DNA of 64,000 nucleotides from Candidatus Cloacimonadota bacterium. GTDB lineage: Bacteria; Cloacimonadota; Cloacimonadia; Cloacimonadales; GCA-2742885. The DNA is taken from NCBI GenBank assembly GCA_002742885.1, contig PDOO01000035.1, positions 1,211-65,210 on the forward strand, in the 5' to 3' direction. Position 1 is the stretch's first letter. Each line of letters opens with the position of its first letter. Below the pieces are notes generated by a model. That model was given only the letters and a program-made list of their open reading frames with translations, did not search any database and was not told the DNA's origin. This document shows, in pieces, positions 1-9,531 of this stretch. The position numbers and the translations under genes are program-made.

Positions 1-801
1 GGAAATTTCAGAATCAAGTTCGTAAATATGAAAATCATGAAATTCTTTTTGCGAAAAACTGCGAGAATTTAAGGGAGACCCCGCATCACTAAGAGCATAT
101 TCCTCCATGTAAAGCGCTTTGCCGCCTGAAATTTCTTGATTTACTTCTCCCGCCACAAGTTTCAAATCAGTTTTATTGAAGTCCTTGCCGCTGTTATTAT
201 AGATTGTAACCCAAGCCGACAATGCCAATTTATTGCCTTTTAATACTCCGTTATACATAACATTCCACTCGATTCCTCTTGTCAGATAAGAGTAACTTAT
301 CTTTTCTTCAGTATTTATATTTGAATAAAATTCCCATCTTAACGCAGGTTTTGCAAAGAAATTTTCGGGAAGTTTTTTTAATCTGATCGTTTCGATTTTA
401 TCTCTGCTTATTAAATTTAATTCTCCGGTCAATTTATCTTGCACTCCGATCATTCCGGAATAAAAAACAAGCTCTCCGATAAATTTTTTGCCTTCTCCGG
501 CTGTGATAATGATTTCTTCCCCGATGTATTTTTCCAATATTGCGTCAGTTCCCGCCAAATCATATTCATAGCTTTGGCTTAATAATTTTAAATTCTTATT
601 TTTATTGTAAATAATCAAAGAAGCAGGAATAATCTCGCTTGCTGTTTCATTCAGAAAATATTCATGTCTGCCTTTCTTGAACTCAAATTCTTTTTCGCTC
701 TTTACCAATCCGAGATTATTGTTGTAAACAGTTAATCCTCCGGCATTAAGCATAATAAAAATATTGAGCATTATGCCCGGAAAAATAAGATTTTTTTTCA
801 T
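1..801 (-). CDS. Hypothetical exported protein, DUF4139-like; its 3' end runs off the window
   Basis: Not in the ORF track because it is open to the window edge. Manual minus-strand translation from the ATG at 801..799 reads MKKNLIFPGIMLNIFIMLNAGGLTVYNNNLG... with no stop down to base 1. AGGAGA lies 5 nt upstream of the ATG. The segment ...TRGIEWNVMYNGVL...LSAWVTIYNNSGKDFNKTDLKLVAGEVN resembles DUF4139 from memory. Confidence 0.6.
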   Translation of the reverse strand, partial: MKKNLIFPGIMLNIFIMLNAGGLTVYNNNLGLVKSEKEFEFKKGRHEYFLNETASEIIPASLIIYNKNKNLKLLSQSYEYDLAGTDAILEKYIGEEIIITAGEGKKFIGELVFYSGMIGVQDKLTGELNLISRDKIETIRLKKLPENFFAKPALRWEFYSNINTEEKISYSYLTRGIEWNVMYNGVLKGNKLALSAWVTIYNNSGKDFNKTDLKLVAGEVNQEISGGKALYMEEYALSDAGSPLNSRSFSQKEFHDFHIYELDSEIS

Positions 802-973
802 TCTGTTCTCCTGATTAACCGAGTCTGTCGCTCGGCTTTTCCTTTTTTGAGTTTAAAAATAATCCATCAAATAAACCGATTGCGTTAAATGATGCTTCTT
901 CTGAAAATTCAGTTGTAATTTTAAATTAACCTGCAGGTTGTCAAATTAAATAAATTTCCTTGCAAACAGACTT

Positions 974-990
974 TGGCATTATAATTGCAT
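974..990 (+). promoter_or_regulatory. Sigma-54 (RpoN) -24/-12 promoter for the flgB operon
   Basis: TGGCAT-TATAA-TTGCAT compared with the consensus TGGCAC-N5-TTGCW. GG is at 975-976 and GC at 987-988, exactly 10 nt apart. The site lies about 22 nt upstream of the SD-preceded ATG at 1012. Confidence 0.7.
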
Positions 991-1011
991 TTTATAAATT
1001 CGGAGGCTAAA

Positions 1012-1428
1012 ATGATCTCAAAATTATTGTTTCACAGAACTTCCGTTCCTGATTTGGAAAAAAGTTTAAATGCTTATTCGGCAAGACAAAAGGCTGTAAC
1101 AAATAATATAGCCAATGCCAATACTCCCGGATATAAAGCAAAACGCATTGCATTCGAAGAAGATTATCAAAAATATTTGGACAGGGAAAATCAATTGAAG
1201 GGTACAATAACCCACAAGAAACATATTCCTTTCGGAATGCGAGATTTTAACAGAATTAAAAATCGAGTCGTACTTCAAGACCTGGAAATTAACGACAGCG
1301 GAATAAACAATGTTGATGTCGATAAAGAAATGGCTTTATTGGCAGAAAATAATATTCGTTATGAAATGAACATAAATTTAATAAAGAAAAAGCTTCATAA
1401 TCTGAAAAGCAGCATTAAAGGAAGATAA
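1012..1428 (+). CDS. flgB: Flagellar basal-body rod protein FlgB
   Basis: N-terminal rod motif ...RQKAVTNNIANANTPGYK. GGAGG at 1002..1006 favours the ATG at 1012 over the TTG at 985 used by the ORF track. flgC follows. Confidence 0.9.
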   Translation: MISKLLFHRTSVPDLEKSLNAYSARQKAVTNNIANANTPGYKAKRIAFEEDYQKYLDRENQLKGTITHKKHIPFGMRDFNRIKNRVVLQDLEINDSGINNVDVDKEMALLAENNIRYEMNINLIKKKLHNLKSSIKGR

Positions 1429-1439
1429 CGGAGGATAAA

Positions 1440-1937
1440 ATGGATTCATCTCTTTTCGGAGCATTGCATATAAGTTCTTCCGGTTTAACCGTAGAAAGAC
1501 GTAAAATGACAGCTATTTCCGAAAATATTGCCAATGCCGGAACAACCTTAACTGAAAACGGCGAACCTTATCGCAGGAAAATAATTACCGCAGCCGAAGG
1601 AATGTCGGGAAAATATTTCCGAAAAGTATTCCGAGACAGCGAATTAAGATTAGCGGAAACCCAAGAAAAGCACATTCCGGGGAAACCTTTTCAATATAGA
1701 GAAAAAAACGAATTAAGAGGAGTTCATGTTGAGGGAGTTACAGAAGACAAATCTCCCTTCAAAATGGTTTACGATCCTCATCATCCTGATGCAGACGAAA
1801 AAGGTTACGTTGCCATGCCCAATATTAATATAGTACAGGAAATGACCAATTTAATTAATGTCTCAAGGTCTTTCGAAGCCAATACAACCGCTTTCAACAG
1901 CAGTAAAGAAATGCTGAAAAAAGCAATAAAATTATAG
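1440..1937 (+). CDS. flgC: Flagellar basal-body rod protein FlgC
   Basis: SENIANAGT N-terminal motif and the C-terminal rod motif VAMPNINIVQEMTNLINVSRSFEAN. GGAGG lies upstream. Confidence 0.93.
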   Translation: MDSSLFGALHISSSGLTVERRKMTAISENIANAGTTLTENGEPYRRKIITAAEGMSGKYFRKVFRDSELRLAETQEKHIPGKPFQYREKNELRGVHVEGVTEDKSPFKMVYDPHHPDADEKGYVAMPNINIVQEMTNLINVSRSFEANTTAFNSSKEMLKKAIKL

Positions 1938-1947
1938 AAGTTTTAAA

Positions 1948-2247
1948 ATGGCATTGACAATAAACGGCGAAATTCAAGAGAATAAATTTAACTCTTTAAG
2001 GAAAATATCCGAAACTTATAACAAGAGTTCTTTTGTCTTGAAAAAAAAGACTGAATCAGAAAATAAAGCCCTGAATATCAACCGAGAAAAAGGGGTTGCG
2101 CCCCACGAACTGAAGTCTTACCTCAGCGAAACGGAAATAAAGGTGCTGGGAGAAGTCTTCGGGGCAAAAATTAACCGTGTAAATGATAATTATTCTTCAA
2201 AAGAAATTAAATTTTTGAGAGGAAGCAAACTTGATATTCGTTTATAG
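1948..2247 (+). CDS. Hypothetical 99-aa protein inserted between flgC and fliE
   Basis: The ORF exactly fills the flgC-fliE gap, 10 nt after the flgC stop and 5 nt before the fliE start. That is long for an AT-rich genome where stops are frequent. I recognise no motif and see no obvious SD. Confidence 0.55.
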   Translation: MALTINGEIQENKFNSLRKISETYNKSSFVLKKKTESENKALNINREKGVAPHELKSYLSETEIKVLGEVFGAKINRVNDNYSSKEIKFLRGSKLDIRL

Positions 2248-2252
2248 GAGGG

Positions 2253-2567
2253 ATGATGTCTGACCCCAGAATCAGCGCTATTCGCCAAATGCAAAAAATG
2301 ACGGAAATTGCCAAAAGCAATAAACCGATCAAAAATAAACAGGAAGAAGTTTCTTTTCAGGATATGATGAAAAAATATTTGAATGAAGCAAATGATTTGC
2401 AAATTAAAGCAGATGAAGATATAAAAAAAATCATATCGGGCGAAGAAATAGATGCTCATGAAGTAATGATGGCAGTTGAAAAAGCAAATATAAGTTTCGA
2501 CCTTGTCATGGAGATCAGAAATAAAATGTTGGAAGCTTATAAACAGGTTGTTAAAACGCAAATCTGA
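2253..2567 (+). CDS. fliE: Flagellar hook-basal body complex protein FliE
   Basis: About 100 aa. C-terminal ...HEVMMAVEKANISFDLVMEIRNKMLEAYKQV is typical of FliE. It lies between flgC and fliF. AGGAGG lies upstream. Confidence 0.88.
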   Translation: MMSDPRISAIRQMQKMTEIAKSNKPIKNKQEEVSFQDMMKKYLNEANDLQIKADEDIKKIISGEEIDAHEVMMAVEKANISFDLVMEIRNKMLEAYKQVVKTQI

Positions 2568-2674
2568 TTATTATACGCATAATTACAATATTTTCATTAT
2601 TTTTTTATAAAAGATATAAGGCGGAATGCTTAAGCGGTATTTCTGCCTAAAAATCATTAAAGGCAATTTATTAT

Positions 2675-4261
2675 ATGGATTTTTTTCAGGATTTTTCAGC
2701 AAAAATTAAAGAAATATACGGAAGATTGGAAGCCGGACAAAAAATGGTTCTCGGTTCTTTGATTGTTCTTACCCTGGCTGTTTTTATCTGGCTTATAACT
2801 TGGACGCTGAAAGTTGATTACAGTCTGTTATACGGTAATCTGGAAGCAGAACAGGCAGGAAAAATAATAGAAAAGCTTGAAGAGTTAAATATTCAATATA
2901 AATATTCCGACGGCGGAAAAACCATTATGATTCCGGCAGATAAAATTTACGACACAAGAATAAAGCTTGCCTCCGAAGGAATCGCCAACAAAACAGGAAC
3001 AGGATTTGAAATTTTTGACAAAACCAATATAGGAATGACGGAATTTGTTCAAAACGTTAATTTTAAACGAGCAACTGAAGGCGAACTCCAAAGAACCGTA
3101 GAATCAATAAACGGGGTTGACGAAGCTCGCATTCATCTTGTTTTCCCGGAAGATAAACTTTTTAAAGAAGATCAAAAAGATCCGTCTGCCTCGGTATTGC
3201 TTACTCTTACCAGAAAACTTCGACCTAAACAAATTACCGGAATAGCAAATTTCATCGCTTCTGCCGTAGAAGGTCTTGATTCGGATAAAATCAATATTGT
3301 CGATCAGGACGGAAACGTTTTAACCGAACATTATGAAGATTCTTCTGCCGGTTTAAGCAGTTATCAAATGAAATTACAAGCAGAAACGGAAAATAAGCTT
3401 ACTCGTAAAACACAATCCATGTTAGACAATATTGTAGGTCGCAACAATGCCGTAGTAAGAATAAATGCCGAACTTAATTTTGAAAATATTGAAACAACAA
3501 GAGAACGTTACGATCCGGAAAGCAAAGTTGTTCGTTCCGAAGAAATCGAGACCTCTTCAGATGAAAATGAAGCGGACAGCACTTCTGTTTCAACGGAAAA
3601 CATCAGAACAAATTATGAAATAAACCGTACAGTGGAACATATTACCAATCAAGTCGGCAATATTAAAAGAATATCGGTTTCCGTAAACGTAAATCACAAA
3701 TTGGATATTTCGGAAAAAGACGGAGAGATCGTTAAAACATATTTACCCAGAACAAGCGAAGAACTTCAAAGCATTGAAAGTTTGGTCAAGAATGCAGTCG
3801 GATACGACAGTGAACGCGGCGATGCGGTTGTCGTAAACAGTCTTAGATTTGACGACAGCGAAGAAGAATATTACCGGGAACAGGAAGAGGCAATGCTTAA
3901 ACGCAAGCAACTCTTTGAGATGTTGGAAAAAGGCGGAGTTTTGGCAGTTCTGCTCATTCTTATGTTCATTTTGGCAAATCAATTCAAGAAGATTTTTGCC
4001 AAGCCCGATATACCGGAACCGGAAGAAATTGTCAGACCGGCTTTGGCAGAAGGCACTGTTGAATCCGAAGGATTTTATCATGAAGGAGAAGAAGGCATGC
4101 CTATGGGAGAAGGAAAAATTTCTTACGATTTCAAACCGATGGAAGATATTAAAATAGAACAAACGGAAGCGCAACAATTGCAGGAAGCAGTCAAAAAATT
4201 CTGTCTTGATAACCCCGAAGTTGCAGTAAGACTGATTAAAAGCTGGCTTTTGGAAAAATAA
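2675..4261 (+). CDS. fliF: Flagellar M-ring protein FliF
   Basis: 528 aa. N-terminal TM segment, YscJ/FliF-type periplasmic domain (LYGNL...IIEKLEELNIQYK...IMIPADKIYDTRIKLASEG), second TM segment (VLAVLLILMFILA) and an acidic C-terminus. Confidence 0.93.
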   Translation: MDFFQDFSAKIKEIYGRLEAGQKMVLGSLIVLTLAVFIWLITWTLKVDYSLLYGNLEAEQAGKIIEKLEELNIQYKYSDGGKTIMIPADKIYDTRIKLASEGIANKTGTGFEIFDKTNIGMTEFVQNVNFKRATEGELQRTVESINGVDEARIHLVFPEDKLFKEDQKDPSASVLLTLTRKLRPKQITGIANFIASAVEGLDSDKINIVDQDGNVLTEHYEDSSAGLSSYQMKLQAETENKLTRKTQSMLDNIVGRNNAVVRINAELNFENIETTRERYDPESKVVRSEEIETSSDENEADSTSVSTENIRTNYEINRTVEHITNQVGNIKRISVSVNVNHKLDISEKDGEIVKTYLPRTSEELQSIESLVKNAVGYDSERGDAVVVNSLRFDDSEEEYYREQEEAMLKRKQLFEMLEKGGVLAVLLILMFILANQFKKIFAKPDIPEPEEIVRPALAEGTVESEGFYHEGEEGMPMGEGKISYDFKPMEDIKIEQTEAQQLQEAVKKFCLDNPEVAVRLIKSWLLEK

Positions 4262-4275
4262 CAGAGGAATATAAT

Positions 4276-5319
4276 ATGGATGATTTTTTAGCCGCAGACG
4301 AAAAAACAGAAGAGTATCATAAAATTTTATCATCTCTTTCCGGTTCAGACAAAGCCGGAATTTTAATGATCGGACTCGGTCTTGAAGTATCTGCCGAGAT
4401 GTTCAGACTTTTACCCGATAATCACGTAGAGGTTCTTTCTGCCAAAATTGCAAGAGCAAATGCCGTTGAACCTAAAATATCCGAGGCAGTATTCCATGAG
4501 TTTTATGAAATGATCAGAGCTCAGGAATATTTCTCTATCGGCGGAATCGATTATGCAAAGAGAATTTTGGAAGAATCTCTGGGCGATGTCAGAGCGATGG
4601 AAATTATCAAAAAAATAGAACGATTAATGAAAGTACGAGGATTCAATGTCTTGAAACAGGTCGATTCAACTCAATTGCTTACTTTTATCCAAAAAGAACA
4701 TCCTCAGACCATTGCTCTCGTTTTGACGCAACTTGAACCTAACCAGGCGGCCAATGTTCTCGGAGAATTGCCTGAAGAACAAAGAAACGATGTATTTATA
4801 CGTTTTGCGGCAATGGAGCGCGTATCTCAGGAAATGATAAATACGGTGGAAAAAGTTTTGGAAGAAAGAATAGACTTCTCTCAACAAGGTACTCAATTCG
4901 GAGGAATTAAAGCAGCTGCCGAAATTCTTAACATGGCAGGTTCAACGGTAGAACGATCCGTACTTGAATCAATTTCATCCAAAGATCCCAAGCTTGCCAA
5001 TGAAATTAAAAATCTTATGTTTGTCTTCGGAGACTTGATCTACCTTGATGACCGAACTATTCAAAAAATTCTGCGCGACGTTGATCAAAAAAGTCTTTCC
5101 ATGGCTCTTAAAGGCGTTTCCGATGATGTTGCAGAAAAAATATTTAAAAATATGTCGGACAGAGCAGGAGCCATTATCAGAGAAGAAATGGAATATGCCG
5201 GTCCGGTACGCTTAAAAGATGTCGAATCCGCTCAACAAACTATTCTTGATATGATCAGAAAACTTGAAGAACTGGGCGAAATTCAATTAACCAAAGGCGG
5301 CGACGAGTTCGTTGAATAA
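4276..5319 (+). CDS. fliG: Flagellar motor switch protein FliG
   Basis: 347 aa. Motifs are EHPQTIALVL, MFVFGDL and DRTIQKILRDVD. It follows fliF. Confidence 0.94.
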   Translation: MDDFLAADEKTEEYHKILSSLSGSDKAGILMIGLGLEVSAEMFRLLPDNHVEVLSAKIARANAVEPKISEAVFHEFYEMIRAQEYFSIGGIDYAKRILEESLGDVRAMEIIKKIERLMKVRGFNVLKQVDSTQLLTFIQKEHPQTIALVLTQLEPNQAANVLGELPEEQRNDVFIRFAAMERVSQEMINTVEKVLEERIDFSQQGTQFGGIKAAAEILNMAGSTVERSVLESISSKDPKLANEIKNLMFVFGDLIYLDDRTIQKILRDVDQKSLSMALKGVSDDVAEKIFKNMSDRAGAIIREEMEYAGPVRLKDVESAQQTILDMIRKLEELGEIQLTKGGDEFVE

Positions 5320-5324
5320 ACGTC

Positions 5325-5978
5325 ATGAAAATAACAGTCAAAAACAATGTTACAGGAGCCAAAGTCGTTCCTTATCAAACAATAGAAACATCTTACGTTC
5401 ATGTCCCGGACACTGAAGAACTTATAAAAAAAAATGTGGAAATTGCGTTAAAAGAATACCGGGAAGAAATACAGGAAAAATTACAGGAAGAAATTGAAAA
5501 TGCTTATCTGAGAGGCGTAGCCGACGGAAAAGATCAAACCGTAAAAAAATTCGGAACCGATTTACAAAAAGCAGTTCAAATATTACAGAAAATAACAGTT
5601 TCTTTAAAAAATGAATTAGCAGCAATTTATGAAGCTGAAGAAAAGGAATTATTGAAAATAGCTTTTTCCATTGCTCGCAAAATAGTCGATACAGAGACAG
5701 CAATTAAACCGGAAACTGTTTTGACCATTGTCAAAAACTCGCTCAATTTACTGAATGAAAGAAAAAAAGCAAAAATAATCGTTAATCCTCAAGATTGGAT
5801 TACGGTAAAAGACAATATTGCAGATTTGAATATAAAAACAGAAATTCCCGAAGATTTGGAAATTGTCAGTTCCGTAACGATTAAACCCGGAGGATGTCGT
5901 ATCGAAAGTTCCGGCGGTTCTATCGATGCCGATATTGATACTCAATTTGAAGAAATAAAACGCAGGTTGCTCAAGTAA
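5325..5978 (+). CDS. fliH: Flagellar assembly protein FliH
   Basis: Coiled-coil N-terminal half. C-terminal ...IIVNPQDW...[27 protein letters not shown] is FliH/YscL-like. It overlaps the fliI start (TAATG). Confidence 0.85.
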   Translation: MKITVKNNVTGAKVVPYQTIETSYVHVPDTEELIKKNVEIALKEYREEIQEKLQEEIENAYLRGVADGKDQTVKKFGTDLQKAVQILQKITVSLKNELAAIYEAEEKELLKIAFSIARKIVDTETAIKPETVLTIVKNSLNLLNERKKAKIIVNPQDWITVKDNIADLNIKTEIPEDLEIVSSVTIKPGGCRIESSGGSIDADIDTQFEEIKRRLLK

Positions 5979-7288
5979 TGAAGCCGGAAATTTCTCTTGC
6001 CAAGTATAACGAAATAATAGATCAACTTAATCCGATCAGACAAAACGGAACAGTAAATCAAATTATCGGCTTGATTGCGGAATCTCAAGGACCCGTTGCT
6101 TCTATCGGAGACATTTGCTACATCCACAGTAACGACGGGCAAAAACATGAAGCGGAAGTTGTAGGGTTTAAAGGGGATAAAACCTTGCTCATGCCCTTGA
6201 AAGACCTTTACGGAATATCACCCGGAAATCAAGTATCAACTTTTCGAGAACCCTTTTCGGTAAGCGTCGGAAACGAGCTTATGGGACGCGTGTTGGACGG
6301 TTTGGGAAAACCGATGGACAATATCGGAGAATTGAAACTCAGAGACAAACGTTCAGTTTACGCCGATCCGCCTAATCCTTTAACCAGAAAAAGAATCAAA
6401 GAAAACCTTCAATTGGGAATAAAAGCAATAGACGGATTATTGACTTGCGGAAAAGGTCAAAGAACCGGTATTTTTGCCGGAAGCGGGGTCGGAAAAAGCG
6501 TACTTATGGGCATGATAGCCCGTAATACCAAAGCGGATGTCAATGTCATAGCTCTGATCGGCGAACGAGGAAGAGAAGTAAGAGATTTTATCGAAAACGA
6601 TCTCGGAGCCGAAGGATTAAAACGTTCCGTTGTCGTAGTTGCAACTTCCGATCAGGCGGCGCTTGCCCGAGTTAAAGGAGCATTAACGGCTACGACGATT
6701 GCCGAATATTTTCGAGATCAAGGCAAAGACGTTCTTTTAATGATGGATTCGGTTACGCGTTATGCCATGGCTCTCAGAGAGATAGGTTTGGCTGTCGGAG
6801 AACCTCCTACCACAAAAGGCTACACACCTTCTGTTTTTGCCAATCTTCCCAAATTAATGGAAAGAGCCGGGACTTCTGACAAAGGAACCGTAACAGCGCT
6901 TTACACGGTTTTGGTCGAAGGCGGCGACATGGACGAACCCATTGCCGACTCGGCGCGTTCAATTTTGGACGGACATATTGTTTTATCCCGAAAGCTTGCT
7001 TCAAAAAATCACTATCCCGCCATTGATGTTTTACCCAGTATCAGCCGGGTAATGAATGTTGTGGCAGATAAAGAGCATAAGAATGTAGCCCGAGAATTTT
7101 TAGAATTGTTGGCTACTTATCGAGAAGCGGAAGATTTGATCAATATCGGAGCTTATTCATCAGGAAGTAACCCGAAAATAGACAAAGCTATATCAAAAAT
7201 TGACGCAATAAATAAATTTCTGCGTCAAGATATCGAAGAATCATCAAACTTTGATGCAACTATTGAACTTTTGAAAAAATCCGTTTAA
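5978..7288 (+). CDS. fliI: Flagellum-specific ATPase FliI
   Basis: Walker A GSGVGKS and Walker [12 protein letters not shown]1/T3SS-ATPase-like throughout. Confidence 0.95.
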   Translation: MKPEISLAKYNEIIDQLNPIRQNGTVNQIIGLIAESQGPVASIGDICYIHSNDGQKHEAEVVGFKGDKTLLMPLKDLYGISPGNQVSTFREPFSVSVGNELMGRVLDGLGKPMDNIGELKLRDKRSVYADPPNPLTRKRIKENLQLGIKAIDGLLTCGKGQRTGIFAGSGVGKSVLMGMIARNTKADVNVIALIGERGREVRDFIENDLGAEGLKRSVVVVATSDQAALARVKGALTATTIAEYFRDQGKDVLLMMDSVTRYAMALREIGLAVGEPPTTKGYTPSVFANLPKLMERAGTSDKGTVTALYTVLVEGGDMDEPIADSARSILDGHIVLSRKLASKNHYPAIDVLPSISRVMNVVADKEHKNVAREFLELLATYREAEDLINIGAYSSGSNPKIDKAISKIDAINKFLRQDIEESSNFDATIELLKKSV

Positions 7289-7335
7289 CTTTTTCTTAAA
7301 CCGAAAACATAAAATAAACCCGATGAGGCTCAAAC

Positions 7336-7983
7336 GTGGATTTAGATAAAATTATTAAAATACTCGGCAAGAGATTTAAAGAAAATAAAACGCCGGTAGT
7401 AGATTTAATTGAAATTCAAACCAATGATCCCTTTAAAGTTTTGACAGCAACCATTTTAAGCGCCAGAACCAAAGACGAGACAACTTCCGAAGTAATAAAA
7501 CGTCTTTTTAAAAAAGTCAAATCGGCGGATGATTTTCTTGATTTGGAAACGGAAGAAATTGAAAAACTGATTTTTCCGGCAGGATTTTTCAGAAACAAAG
7601 CAAAATATCTGAAAAAACTGCCGGTTGTTTTGAATGAAAAATTCGGCGGCGTAATCCCGGAAGAAATAGACGATTTGATAAAACTTCCCGGAGTGGGGAG
7701 AAAAACCGCAAATCTTGTAAGAACGATTGCCTTCAAAAAGGATGCCATGTGCGTTGATATTCATGTTCACAGGATTTCCAATCGTTGGGGCTATGTAAAA
7801 ACCAAAACTCCTTTTGAAACAGAAATGGCTCTGAGAAAAAAACTTCCCAAAAAATATTGGGATGTATATAATTCTTATCTGGTTTCATTCGGACAAAATC
7901 ATTGTCGTCCGATAAACCCCAAATGCTCAACCTGCCCTATTTATGACGAATGCGCAAGAGTCGGAGTAACTTCATCAAGATAA
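7336..7983 (+). CDS. nth: Endonuclease III (HhH-GPD DNA glycosylase with a 4Fe-4S cluster)
   Basis: HhH motif LPGVGRKTANLV, VDIHVHR, and cluster cysteines CRPINPKCSTCPIYDEC. GTG start. Confidence 0.88.
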   Translation: MDLDKIIKILGKRFKENKTPVVDLIEIQTNDPFKVLTATILSARTKDETTSEVIKRLFKKVKSADDFLDLETEEIEKLIFPAGFFRNKAKYLKKLPVVLNEKFGGVIPEEIDDLIKLPGVGRKTANLVRTIAFKKDAMCVDIHVHRISNRWGYVKTKTPFETEMALRKKLPKKYWDVYNSYLVSFGQNHCRPINPKCSTCPIYDECARVGVTSSR

Positions 7984-8044
7984 TAAAAAAGATAAAGATC
8001 GTAAAATTATCTCAAAAACCGTTTATCAGACATAAAATTGAAAA

Positions 8045-8072
8045 AAGCGCAAGAGAATCAACTGTTGCGCTT
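8045..8072. terminator. Hairpin between the convergent nth and histidine-phosphatase genes
   Basis: AAGCGCAA (8045..8052) pairs with TTGCGCTT (8065..8072). An A-run precedes it, which is a T-run on the minus strand, and TTT follows. Confidence 0.5.
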
Positions 8073-8129
8073 TACGTAAAACTTTCGGGTGCAATAATGC
8101 TTTTCCGGAGATAAAAACTTCTTGCCGGT

Positions 8130-8696
8130 TCAGTCCTTCCAATAGAAAGTCAATTTTGAAATTCCTCCCGGTTTAACATTTCGGTTAAATATTTTAACAT
8201 TGCCTCTCATTTTTGCATAGATAATCAGAGATAAAATTCTGGCTTCGTGAGAAACTATCAAAACCGGATCATCGGAATATTTTATTTTTCTTATTATTTT
8301 TTTGCAACCTGAGATATCTTTCAATATTCCCAGATTGACAATTCTTTTAACGGTAGACAATACTATCCAAAAATTAACAGACAACCTTACCGAATCAGGG
8401 AATAAAGGCGGTTTTTCCATAATTTCCGACAGTTCGTTAACGATTTCGTAATTTTTGTCCGAAATAATTTCAGATGTTTCGATTGCTCTTTTCAAAGGGC
8501 TTACCCAAACGGATTTTATGCCGTCCGGAACTTTTTCTTTTGTCTGATAAAGCTTTTCGGCGCCTTCCGGCGTGAGAGATACAAAATACCAACTTTGCAA
8601 TAACTCCCAAACCTCTCGGGAACTCATTTTTTTGCGACGGTTAAATTTTAAATGTTCCGCAATACCGTGTCTGACTAAGTAAACTGTTTTTTCCAT
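8130..8696 (-). CDS. Histidine phosphatase superfamily protein (SixA/PGAM-like)
   Basis: RHG motif VYLVRHGIAEH, SPLKRAIET, and the second catalytic His in LIVSHEA. 188 aa. Its start overlaps the stop of the upstream EIIA-like gene. Confidence 0.75.
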   Translation of the reverse strand: MEKTVYLVRHGIAEHLKFNRRKKMSSREVWELLQSWYFVSLTPEGAEKLYQTKEKVPDGIKSVWVSPLKRAIETSEIISDKNYEIVNELSEIMEKPPLFPDSVRLSVNFWIVLSTVKRIVNLGILKDISGCKKIIRKIKYSDDPVLIVSHEARILSLIIYAKMRGNVKIFNRNVKPGGISKLTFYWKD

Positions 8697-9520
8697 TAAA
8701 GCTCTATATCTTCCTCTGGGTTTCCGATCAAAGTTTCCGTTTTTATTAATTGAATAAAGCCGTTATTTGATTTATTTAAGTCAATGGAGTTTGATTTTAA
8801 GATATTATAAAATTTCATTGCCGAATTTTTATCGCTCAAATGACATAAGAAAACGGCAGAAGATTCCGAACGTTTAGAAGACATATAACTCAGTCCGGCA
8901 AAAACCGGCATTTCGTAAGCAATTTTTCTGGCTACGGAAGAAGCATTTATAACAGAAGCCGAAGTTATTCCCGCTTCCGCCAAAGCAGATATGGCTTCAT
9001 CCACAATTTCTTTTCGGTAAACAGTAACGATCATCAAATAATTTCCGCTCTGCTTATCGTCTTCGTCCGGCGTATCATATTCGTTCAAAAGTTCAAGAAC
9101 TTCATCTTGATTATTAACGGATAACAATCTTTCTTTAAATTCTTCATTTTTAAGCAAACGAGATGATTTTGCCAATAATTGAAGATACTCTTTACTGTTT
9201 CCTTCCGGAACTCCCATGAAAAATACGATTTTGACATCTCCGAGATCAGGATTGTCGTAATGCAGACCGTCATTCATCAAGACGATGCAGAGGAATATTT
9301 TTTCCACCGAAGCGGAACGGGCATGAGGCAAAGCAATTTCCGGGATTAATTCTGTATTGGATACTTCCTCTCGTTTCCATAAAGCTTTACGAAAATCCTT
9401 ATAATGCGTAATCAAATCCAGGTTATAGACATGATTTACCATTTTTTCAAAAAGTTCTTTTTTGTCGGATATGTCCGGATTTATAACAATAAGCTCTTTG
9501 TTTGTATAATCAGATAACAT
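8696..9520 (-). CDS. PTS EIIA type-2 (PtsN-like) domain fused to a PII-like C-terminal domain
   Basis: The N-terminal half carries the phospho-His signature ...IPEIALPHARSAS. The C-terminal half (YLMIVTVYRKEIVDEAISALAEAGITSASVINASS...GFIQLIKTE) has a beta-alpha-beta PII-like pattern. Confidence 0.7.
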   Translation of the reverse strand: MLSDYTNKELIVINPDISDKKELFEKMVNHVYNLDLITHYKDFRKALWKREEVSNTELIPEIALPHARSASVEKIFLCIVLMNDGLHYDNPDLGDVKIVFFMGVPEGNSKEYLQLLAKSSRLLKNEEFKERLLSVNNQDEVLELLNEYDTPDEDDKQSGNYLMIVTVYRKEIVDEAISALAEAGITSASVINASSVARKIAYEMPVFAGLSYMSSKRSESSAVFLCHLSDKNSAMKFYNILKSNSIDLNKSNNGFIQLIKTETLIGNPEEDIEL

Positions 9521-9531
9521 TTTGCACCTCG

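Noticed and set aside
985-1011. Upstream TTG start for flgB used in the ORF track
   Set aside because: The GGAGG at 1002..1006 and the sigma-54 promoter at 974..990 both fit the ATG at 1012. The TTG start would place the promoter inside the coding region.
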